In this document: positions 1-18,715 of the stretch, piece after piece | Layout of the letters: every line of letters begins with the position of its first letter | How positions within the stretch are numbered: the stretch's first letter is position 1 | NCBI RefSeq assembly: GCF_009914755.1 | Contig: NC_060932.1 | Strand: one strand, 5' to 3' | From: the human T2T-CHM13v2.0 reference genome, Homo sapiens | DNA length: 64,000 bases | Translations under genes and position numbers: made by a program | Notes under the pieces: generated by a model | Seen by the model: only the letters and a program-made list of their open reading frames with translations | What the model was told of the DNA's origin: nothing | The model's database searches: none

Positions 1-492
1 GAGGTTTCAGAGGCTCTTTGGATTGAGCATTTGGCAGGACTCTGGGACAATTCCCATATCATCCCAAATTTATCCAAAGCCAAGAAATCTATAAAAAAGA
101 GATCACCATACTCTCGAGATGGGTTGGAGGTGAAGGGTCATTTGTTTTGCAGCTTTATCCTGCGTATTAGACTTCTGTTTCCTAGGGAACAGTAAATGAT
201 AGCATGAGGCTTACTTGTTTAAATGCAATCTCTCAATGGTGTAAGGCACCATAAATAAAAATCAAGTTGACCCAAAACACAATGCTACTTAATATGTAAT
301 AATGTTGTAATATATAGATGTTTAATGTAAAAGATCAGTTTTAAAATTACTCATTTTTCAGTATTAATGTGACAACAATCAATAGGATATATGTGAGTAT
401 ATATCTATACAAAGACATATGTATGTATATAATTATAAATTTACCAGTGATGAAGATTGATAACTGTTGTAATAACACAGAAAATACAAACA

Positions 493-675
493 GGCTGGGC
501 GCAGTGGCTCACTCCTGTAATTCCAGCACTCTGGGAGGCTGAGGTGAGAGGATGGCTTGAACCAGGGAGGTCAAGGCTGCAGTGAGCCGTGATGGCGCCA
601 CTGCCCTCCAGCCTCGGTGACAGAGTAAGACCTTGTCAAAAAAAAAAAAAGAAAGACAAAAGAAAAAAGAAAGAA
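493..675 (+). mobile_element. Alu monomer (FAM/FRAM/AluJ-like)
   Basis: GGCTGGGCGCAGTGGCTCAC start, monomer length, A-rich tail, flanks AGAAAATACA on both sides (TSD-like). Confidence 0.85.
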
Positions 676-1154
676 AATACATGCAAATAATTGTCCTGTT
701 ATCAAGCATGTGTCTTTTGATTGGTTCTTGAACATCTGTCCGGAGTCAGTTGTATATGTTTCTCTGCTGTAAATGCATTTTTTTCCTCTCAAGACTTAAA
801 GAAATAACAACAACAACAAAAACCCTCCAGTTTACCCGGATACTTTTTGGTGGCTCCAAGAGGATCTGATTGTGTCCTTGACCTCAAGGGCCACCTGAAG
901 AGTAGTAAGAAGGCCTTTTCTTATGGGATGTTGGAGCAACTCAAATCTGTAAACTTGTCCCTGTTGCTCAGTTTAATTGAAAGCTGCCTTCATTTATTGC
1001 CATTTTGAACATGACTGAATTGGGATGAGAAGAGAGCGCATTTCTTCCTGATCGTTTTGAATCTTTTTTATAAGTTGCTTCTCTTTTCCACGGGAAGCTA
1101 TGGTTATGTATACGGTGAGCAAGGTAAAAATGAATAAAATCCTGACTAAATGTT

Positions 1155-1170
1155 TAGCGCCACCTATTGG
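1155..1170 (-). promoter_or_regulatory. Candidate CTCF binding motif
   Basis: Minus strand reads CCAATAGGTGGCGCTA, close to the CTCF core CCASYAGRKGGCGCTR; motif match only. Confidence 0.5.
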
Positions 1171-1439
1171 TAGTGAAGTACATATTGATTCTTGGTGACA
1201 GACATTCCCACCAAAGAGAGCAGAAGTAATTTTAATGATTCTTTTTCTTCCAGTGTATATGCCTGTATGCATGCTTTATTATGACTATTATATTTAAATA
1301 TAAACATATACTTAAATTTTGGTAATAATATAAATATGGAATTCTTCTAGGTTATGATTTGTATTATTTAGCTTCACAATACCCTTGAAGTAGAATATGC
1401 AGTGATAGTCTACTTTTCAACAGTAAAAAGAAAATTCTA

Positions 1440-1660
<221 letters not shown>

Positions 1661-1809
1661 TTATGTTTGTCTTGAAATACATATTGTCACCTATACACAA
1701 AGTATCTTGAATGTGCTCTATATCTTTTGAAACCGCCTTTAAAATGGTTTTCCACAGAAATTTGAGTTTGAAATAATGATGTTATTTAAATTCAGTTACT
1801 TATCTGTGC

Positions 1810-3640
<1,831 letters not shown>

Positions 3641-4615
3641 TGTTAATGGGTCAGCACTAGATCCACCATTGTCAACTTGTGACATTGATTTAAAAATACC
3701 TTCAGAATGAGCAAGACTAGAAAAAGAGATATGAGATGTGAATCATATAGAAGGATGTGAAACATCCTTCATGGTATTAAGGAATATAAAACTATTTATA
3801 TTTAGATTTAATGAATGTGAGTATTACAGTGCTTTATTTACAGCAAATAATTTCCACTAAAATTAAAGAGACATTGGTCTTATCATTCCTTATCTCTATA
3901 CTCTTTTCAGCAAACAATATGAACAAGCATCTTAAACCTAGAAATTGTCCCCCAGCTATGACAATTGCTCTCCTTCCTGGAACTGCCTTTCCTATATGTT
4001 AATTTCCTCAGTGCAAAAGCTGTTATTTTCATTCAGAATGTTAAAGATACCCCTAGGAAAAGTCATTTTAAAAGTCTTGATTTTCACAGCCTTCTTCTGC
4101 ATTAGAAGCTTAAGAGATATCCTAGGGCTAGTCTTCACTCCAGGTTTTAGGAGCAATCTAGGTAAGAATCTGCAGAAGCTAGGTGAAAATGCAGATCCAT
4201 GGAAGCTATTTCAAACCTATCACATCCTTCCCCAGGTAATTTTTATACTAATATATGCTAGAATGCGATAAGGTTAAAAATATTCTACTTCTCCACTTTA
4301 TCAGAGAGGTGGGAGTTTTGAAATCTCATTGCCATGCAAAGAACTACGGCCCAGAATGTGATAAATGAAAGGCACCTAAGAGTCATGTAGGGCAGTCCTT
4401 TTATTCTGTGAAGGAAGAAACAAGATGATTAGGCCAAAGCCACACAGATATTAGCTGCACAACCAGCACAAGATTGAGCACGAGATGGGGCTCGGGTGTT
4501 GTGACGTCCAGCGCAGTTTCTTCAGCTCAGTTAGGGCAGAATTAGGTTGATTGGGCACCATTGAAGTACATGCTACATCCATCCACCATTAGATGAAACC
4601 TCTAATTTTAGTTCT

Positions 4616-4912
4616 GCTTATTATTTTTTATTTTATATATTTTTTATATTTTATATTATATTTATTTTATTTTGGTTTATTTTATTTAATTTTACTATTA
4701 TTTTTTAAGACAGGATCTTGTGCTGTCACTCAAGCTGGAGTGCAGTGGCGCAATCACAACTCACTGCAGCCTCGAACTCTTGGGTTCACGAAGTCCTCCC
4801 ACCTCAACCCCCCAGTAGCTGGGACCACAGGCACGCAACCACCATGCCTGACAAATTTTTTAATTTGTAAACGTTTTTGTAGAGATAGGGTCTCACCATG
4901 CTGCCCAAGCTG
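4616..4912 (-). mobile_element. 5'-truncated AluJ-like element with (TTTTA)n tail
   Basis: Reverse Alu right arm; TSD AATTTTAGTTCT at ~4604-4615 and ~4914-4925. Confidence 0.85.
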
Positions 4913-6121
4913 CAATTTTAGTTCTATATAAATAGGGTAGCCCAGGGAAAAGAGAGGGGAGCTACCATGGGGAAGGGGTTACTGTGGATATGATTTTTAA
5001 AATTTTCTCTGCTACAGCTCTTCCACGTTTACCCACATAAATTTGAAGTTTAATTTTTAGTCTCTAGAAAGCATTTTGTGATGTCTTTTAAAATATTATG
5101 TATGTATTAAGAAAGCTTGCATCCATATGTGTAGAACTATTTCCTTTTCTTTTTGGGCACCCGTGGCTCTCTATTAATATTAAGAATTTCTTAGATGTTG
5201 CAATTCTTCAAGGAAACAATTTCAGAAGATAGTTTCTTTTCCTCCCTTCCCTTCCCTTGCCCACATTTCTCTCTCTTTTTACTTCCAGTTCTGGAAATTG
5301 GCCAGCAGAATTATTTATGGCTCTTAGTTCCCATCACACCTTAATAATAAACAGAAGGAGTTTTCCTTTGTTTTAAAATTTCAACAGTACAGTAGTTAAA
5401 AATTGGCTTCCATCAGAAAACTCTTTCTCCAAGTCTAATTTGCTATGCCATGTATATACATGATTAACCAGTACAATACGTACAGCAAAGAAACCAGGTG
5501 AGAGATTTATTGATTCTGGCTGAAACAAATTGAAAAGTAACCTTGAACACTTTGTGAAGTCCATAATTGAGTTCCACAAATCAACTTTGGAGCCAGTTTA
5601 GCATGTCCATTTAGTTGAGGCAAAGAGCCTGTGTTTGATCTAACTTAATAAAGTAATTCCAGTGTAAAAAGGTAGGTCAAAATGACTACCTTCTAAAATT
5701 CAAAGTTCCTTTTTTCATGAGAGAAATTATATTTATTTCAAACAGAACTAATGATACTGTATTTGGTACAATATGTTATTTTCTTAGATATCTTAGGGGT
5801 ACCTTCTACTAACTAATACTTTGGGATAGGCTTCTGGGATTCATGAGTGTCACCAAGTTCAGAGCTGATCTTAAGCAAAACTGAATGGCTTGGCCCTTCT
5901 AGAAAATTATCTTGCCTCTGATAACTCAAAATTCAAATTGAGATTGTAAACTATAACATAGAAGTATTTAGTGTAGGTGATATTATAGAACAGGTATCTG
6001 TTCTACTGATAGTCACCCCATTTGAGTTAAATATGCTATGTGACAATATTAAGAAGCTATGTCTTCTGAAATTGTGTAAACTTTAAAAAATATATGAAAA
6101 ATTAGAATACTATACAAAACA

Positions 6122-6233
6122 ATAATTATTAAACCTTCTCCCACTTTCTGGGATATCCAAGTCTAATTTGCTATGAATTATAATTATTAAACCTTCTTCC
6201 ACTTTCTGGGATATCCAAGTCTAATTTGCTATG
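6122..6233. repeat. Tandem duplication, period 58 bp
   Basis: ATAATTATTAAACCTTCTYCCACTTTCTGGGATATCCAAGTCTAATTTGCTATG at 6122 and 6180, one mismatch. Confidence 0.9.
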
Positions 6234-6591
6234 CCATGAGAGTGGCATGCTGCCCAAGCTGCAATTTTAGTTCTATATAAATAGGGTAATCCAGGGAAAT
6301 CAGAAATGCAGAGTGTGTTTATAAGCACATGTGAATAATTACAATAGCAGACACACAATTTTAAATTCAAATTTGTTGTTGTTTTTTGTTGGTTTTGTTT
6401 CTTGTTTGGGAACCACAAAATAAGCCTGTCTTTCTTTGGATCTTAAAATTTATTCACAATGTTTTCATGTTTTATATTAGGAATTATCTGGTTCTACAGA
6501 AGTAGAGAATTCCATTCCTACGGGAATATCAGAAGGAGGTTAAAGTGGGCACAGGTAAATCATCCATTTGGCTATCAAAAAGTCTGATTCT

Positions 6592-7042
<451 letters not shown>

Positions 7043-8284
7043 TTAAAAACTGAATAATAAGCCCTTGGTTAATCATTTAACATTAGAACTCCTATTTTCT
7101 CTTCTAGCAAATGTTTCCAAACAGAAAAACGACCACAATCAATTTTAGAAAACATGTTTCCCCTTTGAGGAAGGAAGGACAAATAAGATGTTTAAACTGC
7201 AGTTGGTAAAATCATTTGCTAACCCTCTGCGTGGTAATGATGCCACATCACCTGCACTTTGCTGTCTTGATCCATGCTGAAGTGATATGTTCTTGGACCC
7301 AAGCAGAACTCTCTAGCGATTTGCATGTTTTGTCATATTGTCACAGACACTCATGGTTAAATAAAAACAATCTGGTTAGTATAAAGCTCAATTTGCAGAG
7401 AAATAACTATTCTCTGTGTCAGAGTCCACAGGCACCAGAAGAAAACATTTTCACACAGAACATGGCTATGTGCCTTTTAAATCCATTTGCAAAATTGTTT
7501 CATTTCTTATGTAAAAAGGTGGAATATTGACTACTGATAAAAATTTCCTCCTACACAAATATTTTTCAGGTTCATCCAATCCCACCCTTACTCAATATAG
7601 TGGAACATGAAGCTAAATTCATCTGGAATACTTCACTAACTCCCAAAATGAACAAGGGAGTGGAAAGTTGATAAAAAATACTAGCCCATACATAATCAGG
7701 GAAACAAGGGTTGTATGTTAAGTGGATTTTCTTCCATCCGTGTGATTACCTGAATGTCATTTTTAACTTGGGTAACTTAAGGTAAACTTATCTCTCTAAG
7801 TTCATCAATATTCCTGCACAAACCTTCATTGCCATTTAATTTTAATAAAACTGAGAAAGAGAGAGTGAAAACTCATGTTACCCATTCCAGGCAGGAAGAT
7901 GGGAAGAAAGGAAGCATGCCATTCAGAATTCTGAATTGATTTGTACAATGTCTTAGGCAAAAGCTCTTCCAGAAATATCTATGAATTCACGTTGAACATA
8001 AGACACAAAATTACAGATAAAGGTTAAAATCAAACTTGTCAGATGTTAACATTATCCTGACTACTCATAAATTGATTCATTTATGTGCTAGAACATTTTT
8101 CTACTACCCACCCTGGAGGAGGAGAGAATCCATTTACTGGGAATGTGGAATGTGCTTCGTCCGGGAGGGGAGGGGAAAGAAAGAATCTTGACTGGTGCTA
8201 TGTAAAGTGGCTGCACCTTTCAACCAGTTTTCAATTTCAAACAAGACTTTTAATATCTATGTCTTTTGATTGTTTCTGACTTTT

Positions 8285-8600
8285 AATTTTTGAAATAACT
8301 GCTTTATTAAGATATAATTTAGATACCAATTTCCTCATCTAACGTGTACAGTTCACTGATTTCTTGGTATATTCAGACTTGTGTAATCATCACCATAATC
8401 AAGTTTATAACATTTTCATCACCCCAAAAAGAACCACACACCTTTTAGCCATCACCCCTCAACGCTTTTTTTTATCCTTTAGCCCTAAGCAACTCATAAG
8501 TCTACAGATTTGCCTATTTTGAACATTTCATATAAATGGAATCAGGCAATTTGTGGTCCTTTGTGATGGGCTTCTTTCAGTTAGCATAATGTTTTTAAGG
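8285..8600 (-). mobile_element. Old L1 3'UTR fragment
   Basis: ACATTTTCATCACCCCAAAAAGAA, ACATTTCATATAAATGGAATCA, CTTCTTTCAGTTAGCATAATGTTTT are reverse L1M 3' motifs. Confidence 0.7.
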
Positions 8601-8949
8601 TTTCGTGTTTAAATAATTTTTTAAAATTTGGGAATCTTTTCAAATTTACAAAAGAGTGGCTAAAAAACATTGTACGGAAAACCTCCATTTATCCCTTATC
8701 TAGATTCATGGTATTGTTAATCATGTTTCTAAAGGTTTTTAATGTCTGTTGTTATAGCAATAAAACATTCAAAATGGTTATATTTATAAAAGAGTGGTCT
8801 GCAAATGCTTATAAATAATTTGGATTGTCATTTGGAACATTCTGAAAATGACATGGAACTCAGGGCTATGAAAATCCACTGGTAGATGTGTAGTTGATGT
8901 AGGCAGATTGAATTTCCATATGTGCCTGGCATTATTAACCATACAGTCA

Positions 8950-9300
8950 TACAGTCGTGTACCACAGGAACCTTTAGTCAACGACAGACTTCATATATGA
9001 CTGCAGCCCCATAAGATGATAATGCCATATTTTTACAGTATTTTTCCTGTGTTTAGATATGCATAGTTACACAAATACATTTGTGCATGTAATACTACAT
9101 TATAATTGCCTACAGTATTCAGTACAGTAACATGCTAGGCAGCCAGGAGCAATAGGTTATACCACATAGACTAGGTGTGTAGTAGGTGACACCATCTAGG
9201 TTTGTGTAAGTGCACTTTAGGATGTTTTCACAAAGACCAAATCGCCTAAGGAAGCATTTCTCGGAACACATCCCCATTGTTAAGTGACAGAAGACCATAC
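8950..9300. mobile_element. Tigger3-like (TcMar-Tigger) DNA transposon remnant
   Basis: CAGTC...GTCAACGACAGAC...CCCATAAGAT and TATACCACATAGACTAGGTGTGTAGTAGG...CCCCATTGTTAAGTGACA match recalled Tigger3 consensus. Confidence 0.7.
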
Positions 9301-9365
9301 AAGAAAACTCAAGATTCTCACAATCAAAATGAACATGTAGGAAACAGGGCTTAAGAAGGTCATAG

Positions 9366-9675
<310 letters not shown>

Positions 9676-10553
9676 TCATAGGGATACCAAGTCCTTTTCC
9701 ATCATTCTTAATCAACTGGAATTACAACCAATTAGTATTTATTAAGCACCTAATAATTTGTGTCAAAAAGTTGTACAAAGAGGTAAGGAGTAAGTATAAA
9801 GAAGAATAAAACAAGGTGGTCAGTTTTAACAAGATGATCTACATTGTGACCTGAACTCTGTCAGCAAAATTAGGACAAAATAGCTATGAAAGATATAAAA
9901 AATTAATTCTTTCTGGGAGTAAGACACTACTGGAATCACAAAAGAAGATGTACTCAACAAAGCTTCAAGTCATAATTTTTTTTTCCTTCTGACATTAAAG
10001 ATTACCAAGGCTCTAGCTCTCTTATGGAAAAAAGTAATAAGATGAAGTTAAGGGGATCTTTTCCTTAGAAGTTTTATTATTTACAAATAATGAGGGGACT
10101 AAGAACCTAGTTGTTGTTGTTGACTTTTTAGGAATAATAGTACTCGGGCACCTTGAATTTAAGCTTAGCATAATTATAGTTTTAATCTATGTTGCAACAG
10201 TTCTATGGAATATCATTAATCTTTTACCACTTTTAATATATTAAAGCATTGCATCCCAGTCTTGGCTAGGGAACATAATTTAATCTGTATTCAAGCTTGG
10301 GGTGCTTGAATACAGATACCCAGGGTTCTCTGCAGATCCCCTTAGGAGAACCTCTGTCAAAAAAAGTTTGGAAAACTCTTTGAAGGACACTCCTTTAGGA
10401 GTTTATCAGCTAAATGTAGGATGCTCTGGGTTACTATATTCATTATTGACACCTAGTTTATGGACATAGAAAGTATCCTCACTAAAATATTTAATAAGAA
10501 GCATGTTCTACTGTCTTTGAACCAAGACAGAGTGCTCTTAGTAATCAAGGTCA

Positions 10554-10886
<333 letters not shown>

Positions 10887-10929
10887 CTACAGTGGCTAAT
10901 AATTTCCCTCTTTACATGTGTAAAACCAT

Positions 10930-11140
10930 GTTAGCAGTTTGGGACACAGAGGGCACAAACTATGGAATGAGAAGATTCAATTCTTCCTCTTGTGTGACCC
11001 TGGGGGAGCCATTTCATCCTTTTGAACCTCATTTTCTCTTGTAGAAAAAAAATGAAAAGAGTAAGAATATCTAACTGGTAGGGTAATTTTGATGATGAAA
11101 TTGAAGTATGTATATAAAAGTACTGTACACACTGTCATTA
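10930..11140 (+). mobile_element. MIR-like SINE remnant
   Basis: TGTGTGACCCTGGGG...TTTGAACCTCATTTTCTCTTGTAGAA core similarity. Confidence 0.55.
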
Positions 11141-12527
11141 TTATTTTATTTTGTAAAACAATAATTTTTCCACATTCTTGTCCTTTAGAAAGCAGTGCCA
11201 ACTATTGTAACAACTTTTTTCTTTACGAAGCTACATACCATTTTAAATATATTGTGCAAGTCTATTATATCTGAAAATAAATCTACAAAAGAAATAATTT
11301 TCCCCTTTTGTGTACTATTCTGTACTATAGCAATTTTGACCCTTTCACAATTTTGGATCTCCTCCATACAGAAAGTTCCCACTCTAAAAGACTTGAAGAT
11401 GTTTGTGGATGCCTGGGTTAGAGAAAATGTACAGATATATAAAATAATAAAATAAAATAATTTGAATTCAAAAAAGCTATTTATAAAGAAATGTAACATG
11501 CAAGGAATATGGCTACCCAATTTAAGCATCTTCGAGAGTACAGCTATTTGCAATTTAGAATGAAAGGAATTGAGGATAAACAGTTCAAGTGTCTGCCTGG
11601 AAAATACAATGGCACATCAAATAATAATTTTAAGTCCTCTGTCTGAACAAAGGCTTTAGTATGGTAATAAGTAGTACAAAGCAATCAATGTTTCATATAT
11701 TATAATTTTTCACATATGGAAACTTGCAACTACAGCTCTCTGTTGGCTGCATGTGGTGGAAACAAAAGGAAGATGGGAATTTAAGGGACTCCAAGTGTAT
11801 TTATAAAGTCAGAAGTTACACTGAGTTGGAGGATAGGGTGGAAGGCATGACTTGAAATATCTAGGTGAGGAGAGTTTGGACAAAAACGCTGATCCCATTA
11901 GAAAGCCAAATGGCACCTCCCAGGTGTGGAGCAGGCCTGTCGCATCTCACAGGCGGAACAGCGGGCACAGCCGAGGGGACGCCCACTCTAAAGAGGGTGA
12001 AGAACTAAACCCCTTAGTTTGGGCTTCTGCCACCAGATCCCCTGGATTGACTATTAGAAACTTCACTTCTATTTCTCCATCAGTAAAACAGAAAAAGAAA
12101 TATTCGATGGGTAGGAGTAGCTATGGTTAATAAAATAGGTTTAAATATTTGGCAACAGAAGAAAGAATTCAAATCTGTGATTGAGAAGCAGGTCACTGGA
12201 AGGTTAAGTTAACCTGAAAACTCCAATTCCCCCTTTCCTCATCACTGCGTAGTTTGCTTTTCAGTCGTTTCACTCAGTCTGCACCTACACTAAATCCCAG
12301 CAGCGAAGTTGAAGGCATTCACGTCTCCACTCACCAAGGTCCCTGGATCTGAATGGCCAGGCAAATAACCTAGCTGTGCGATAGCGAATGCAGTCAATAT
12401 ATGGCATAGTGTTCATCTGGTGCTTACGAGTGATAGAAGTTTTTATCTAATTTCACTTTTATAATCAGTTTGAGGTCTCATTATTTTTCCTTTTTTTAAA
12501 AAATAAGGACCAGTAACATAAAATGGC

Positions 12528-12558
<31 letters not shown>

Positions 12559-13131
12559 TGCTGTTTTAAGGCCCCCTGTGAACTGTTTGTATCCCACCTG
12601 CAGGGGAAGTACAGAAACTGCAAGTAAGCAGGTTGGGAATTTGGGAGCAATTTGAATGGAATCTGACACCTGCTGAAATCTAGAATAAAAAAATGTGTAT
12701 TTTGTATGCCTTTATTTTATTCTTCTAGTGATTTATTTTTAATGTATGTTAAAAGTACTACTGTGTGACAGATTGGAAATAAAGGAAAAACCTGATTCCT
12801 CTCCACAGGTAATCAGTGAGAACATTGAATTTTGATGGGCATTTCAATGACTGAGTTATTTTCTCCATAGAAAGAGTGACACAAGTGAGGGGTGAGGGGG
12901 TGGGGAGGGAGCCCTGTCTTCAGATCTCCCGTTGTTTGACTTGGGCGTAAGGAACTTTCTGAGTCAACCTGCAGGTGGCTTGGCAGGGATTCCTTCTTCC
13001 CAGCTCCTGGCTCCAGGTGATAGCTGTGGTCTCATCTCCTCAGCAAACACCTTCAAAGAGCTCACAGCAGATATGCAGTGGGCAGGGAGATTGGCTTTCT
13101 CCAAACACAGGGGAGATTGTGGAGGGGGAGC

Positions 13132-13200
13132 AGGTGAAAATCATATTGTTAATCACAAACAAACATAATTAACCGGCAACTGGATTAAGATACCTAATCA
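13132..13200. promoter_or_regulatory. Candidate endoderm enhancer motif cluster (T-box/SOX/FOX/OTX/GATA)
   Basis: AGGTGAAA, ATTGTT, ACAAACA, TAATTA, GGATTA, AGATA and TAATC within 70 bp of non-repeat DNA. Confidence 0.4.
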
Positions 13201-13499
13201 GTCAAAATTATTTAGAGGCTCTTATAACCATCACCCTTCTTTTGGAAGTTCCTGCTTGCTCTGTGAGATAATGCTCTGTTAATGAAATACATGTCCATAG
13301 GGGTCCCCTGAAGGGGACATTCCTCCTCTTAAAGTGACATAATGAGGCTTCAATAAAATCTCTAAGGGGGAAGAGTGTTTTAAAGAACAAGAGGAGACGT
13401 GAAAATGTGTGGTCAAGGACTAACCAAGAGTCAAATGCTTGCCCAGCTTTGGTCCCTCTGTGGGCTTTAAAGAAATCCTTCAGTAAGGCTCAGTCTCAG

Positions 13500-14438
<939 letters not shown>

Positions 14439-14852
14439 TCACCAGCATGGATAGGATATTTACATAGGATTAAATCAAAATTGATGATTGTGATGTTATG
14501 CATGTACACAAGAAAGTGCAAGGAGCATTCACTAATAAAATGTACCTAAATCAAATGCTAGGCAAAAGGTTAAAAAGTAGCTATAAGTTAACCATCTTTA
14601 TAAATATGCCATTATAATTCATGTGTTAAACAGCATAAAATATGTACTGGCAAAATCAAATTAGCATAGGCCCTCCAACTGTTGAAGACTTAGACTGCTC
14701 AAGAATTAAAGCTTCAATTCGAACAACCACCCTAAAACTGAGTTGACATGTTAGGTATTTGTGGATCACACTACATACAATGACCAAACCAGTTAGTCAT
14801 ATACATATGATTGCTATTTGTTAAATCATTCATGCTCAGAGTCTTTGCTTAA

Positions 14853-15325
<473 letters not shown>

Positions 15326-15781
15326 CGTAGCTAAACTTGTACCTGCGCACTGTCAGGTTTCCTGGGGCTGCCAGCAGTGCCGCTCCTGAGCTCTCTAAGA
15401 GAAAGCACCACACCAGGGATGTAGAGTTCAGAGAGCCACTGAGCCTGCTTTGGAGACAGAGGGGTTGATCTTCATTTTAATGTAGTTCCACTGAACTTTC
15501 CCTCTTACACTGAAGATGGAAATGACTCATGGGAATTCAATCATGCAAAGCAGCAGTATAAATTAGATTGGCCAGCCTCTGCACTTGGGGCAAGTCATGC
15601 AATCTGGCTTGTTATGCATTATTTTCTTCATCTACAATCATGGAGAGTAATGTGTGTGTGGGTGTGGCTGACAGCAGGGAAAGGCAATATATTTATGAAA
15701 TATTTCCTCAAAGCTGCCACATATTTTATTAACACATCTGGAAAATACTATTTAATGCTTACTCCTCTTTCTTCCTTAGGG

Positions 15782-16343
<562 letters not shown>

Positions 16344-17237
16344 TAATGGTACAATCTTACAGTTTTAAAACGATGAGTGACTGCATTCAAGACAAACCAA
16401 AATTGTGCCTTGTTTTTAACTGATGCCTGAGGAACGTGCCAGCAGGTAAAGGGAGTGAAGACGAAAACATCAATTAGCTTAGAGTTTATGGTCACACTCG
16501 ATACTTAAAATAATTTTTAAATAGATTTAAACAAGTAATTCTTTCTTTCTTTCGCTTTGGGGCATGGAGGAAGCAGGGTGCTGGGCAAAGCCTGCACAGA
16601 GGCGCTGGCATGCCTGGAAGCCAAAAAAATGGGGGCTGGGAGCGGGCAGTGGTGTGGCCGGGAGCCTGATTACAGTGAGCACATATGTGCACATATGGAG
16701 AGAAACAGGAGCCAGGTTTCTCACTGTGGGAAAAGAGATTTACAAATACAGCAAAGGAGCAGTCTAGAAAGAACCCTAAGATGTTGGATTGGAATTGGAG
16801 ACTAACACAAGATATATATATATAAACACACACAGAGGTAGATTTAGAAATAGTTATAGATATGTATGTATGTGGACACACACGTATACATACATGAGCA
16901 TACATTATTTCCTAGCTCTGTCTTTTGAGGGTGCCTGGAAGCAGGGACAGTACAGTACTGATGAGAACCCAGATTTCCACTTCTAAATGCCATCCTCCAC
17001 AAAAAGATGCCCTTGATCCTTGGAGAAATGCCTGGATCTAGGGCTAAATGAAGGGAAAATTCAAAACGAGCCTGGAATATCGTGTTGTGCTAAAAACTAT
17101 GAAAATGGTCAAAGGGTTATAAGGACATATCAAAAGAATACAGGAGCTAGCTCGAAAGGCACCTCACTGGCCAAATCTGTGGCAACTGCAGCACCCAAAC
17201 TATTGATACAATCTAGGGAATAAAAAGAGAATCAATT

Positions 17238-17546
<309 letters not shown>

Positions 17547-18420
17547 GGAATCCACAGAGATACAAATAAACAAACAAATAAAAGAAGGGAGAACTTCCTT
17601 ACAGTAGAAGGAATACATGCCATTTCATTGTCAGAGTTCTCAACACAAAGACACACACAAAATTCTCACTTACAAAGGGGAAAAATAGTGACCTGAAGGT
17701 AGAGAAACTGGGTAGACACCAACTTGATGAAGTGACCAGATTAGCATCACCAGTGATGATGAGACGTCCGACGGCCTTCCTTGTCATACCCTGATGGGAG
17801 CACACCACCATATCAACGATTTTCCTACAAAGAATGTGTGAGTCAACATAGACAGACCAGGGTGTGGGACATTCTTGGCATGAAAGGCCTGCACTCTTTA
17901 AAACTATAAAGGTTATAAGATAGACAGAAAAATATGGAAGACCTTTGATAAATAAATGTAACTTGATCCTGAATTGGATGTTGGGCCAGAAAGAGAAAAG
18001 AGGCATTGTTGAAGCAGCTTGCAAAATTTGAATTGAGTATGTGGCTTAGATGGTAGTGACGTATGGTAGTAATGTCAATTTCCTAATTTGTATGGTATTT
18101 GATGGTTTTGGGGAGAGTGTCCACATTTTAGGGGAATATACACTGGAGTATTTGGAGTAAGTGATGAGACATTGTGCCACAGCTTGCTCTCAAATGGGTC
18201 AGAAAAAGACTAATGGCATGCATATATGCATATGATTTAATATAGAATATGTAACAATATATCCATATTACATATTTATATAGTATCTATATTAATATAT
18301 TATATACTAATGTATTCTATGTTTCTATTGTTCTGTGTATGTATATTTAGAAAAGAAGAATGAGATGGAACAAATGTGGGAAAATGTTTATTTAGATAGA
18401 GATGGAGCAAAAGATAAAAT

Positions 18421-18715
18421 GCTGGTGAGGCGCAGTGGCTCACGCCTGTAATCCTAGCACTTTGGAAGGTCAAGGCAGGTGGATCACTTGAGGTCAGGAG
18501 TTCGAGACTAGCCTGGCCAACATGGTGAAAACCTATCTCTACTAAAAATATAAAAATTAGCCTGGTGTGGTGGCGCAAACCTGTAATCCCGGCTACTGAG
18601 GAGGCTGAGGCAGGAGAATCAAGTGAACCTGAGAGGTGGAGGTTGCAATGAGCCCAGATCACGCCACTGCACTCCAGCCTGTGCGACAGTGAGACTCCAT
18701 CTGAAAAAAAAAGAA
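18421..18715 (+). mobile_element. AluS element
   Basis: Full dimeric Alu. Confidence 0.95.
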
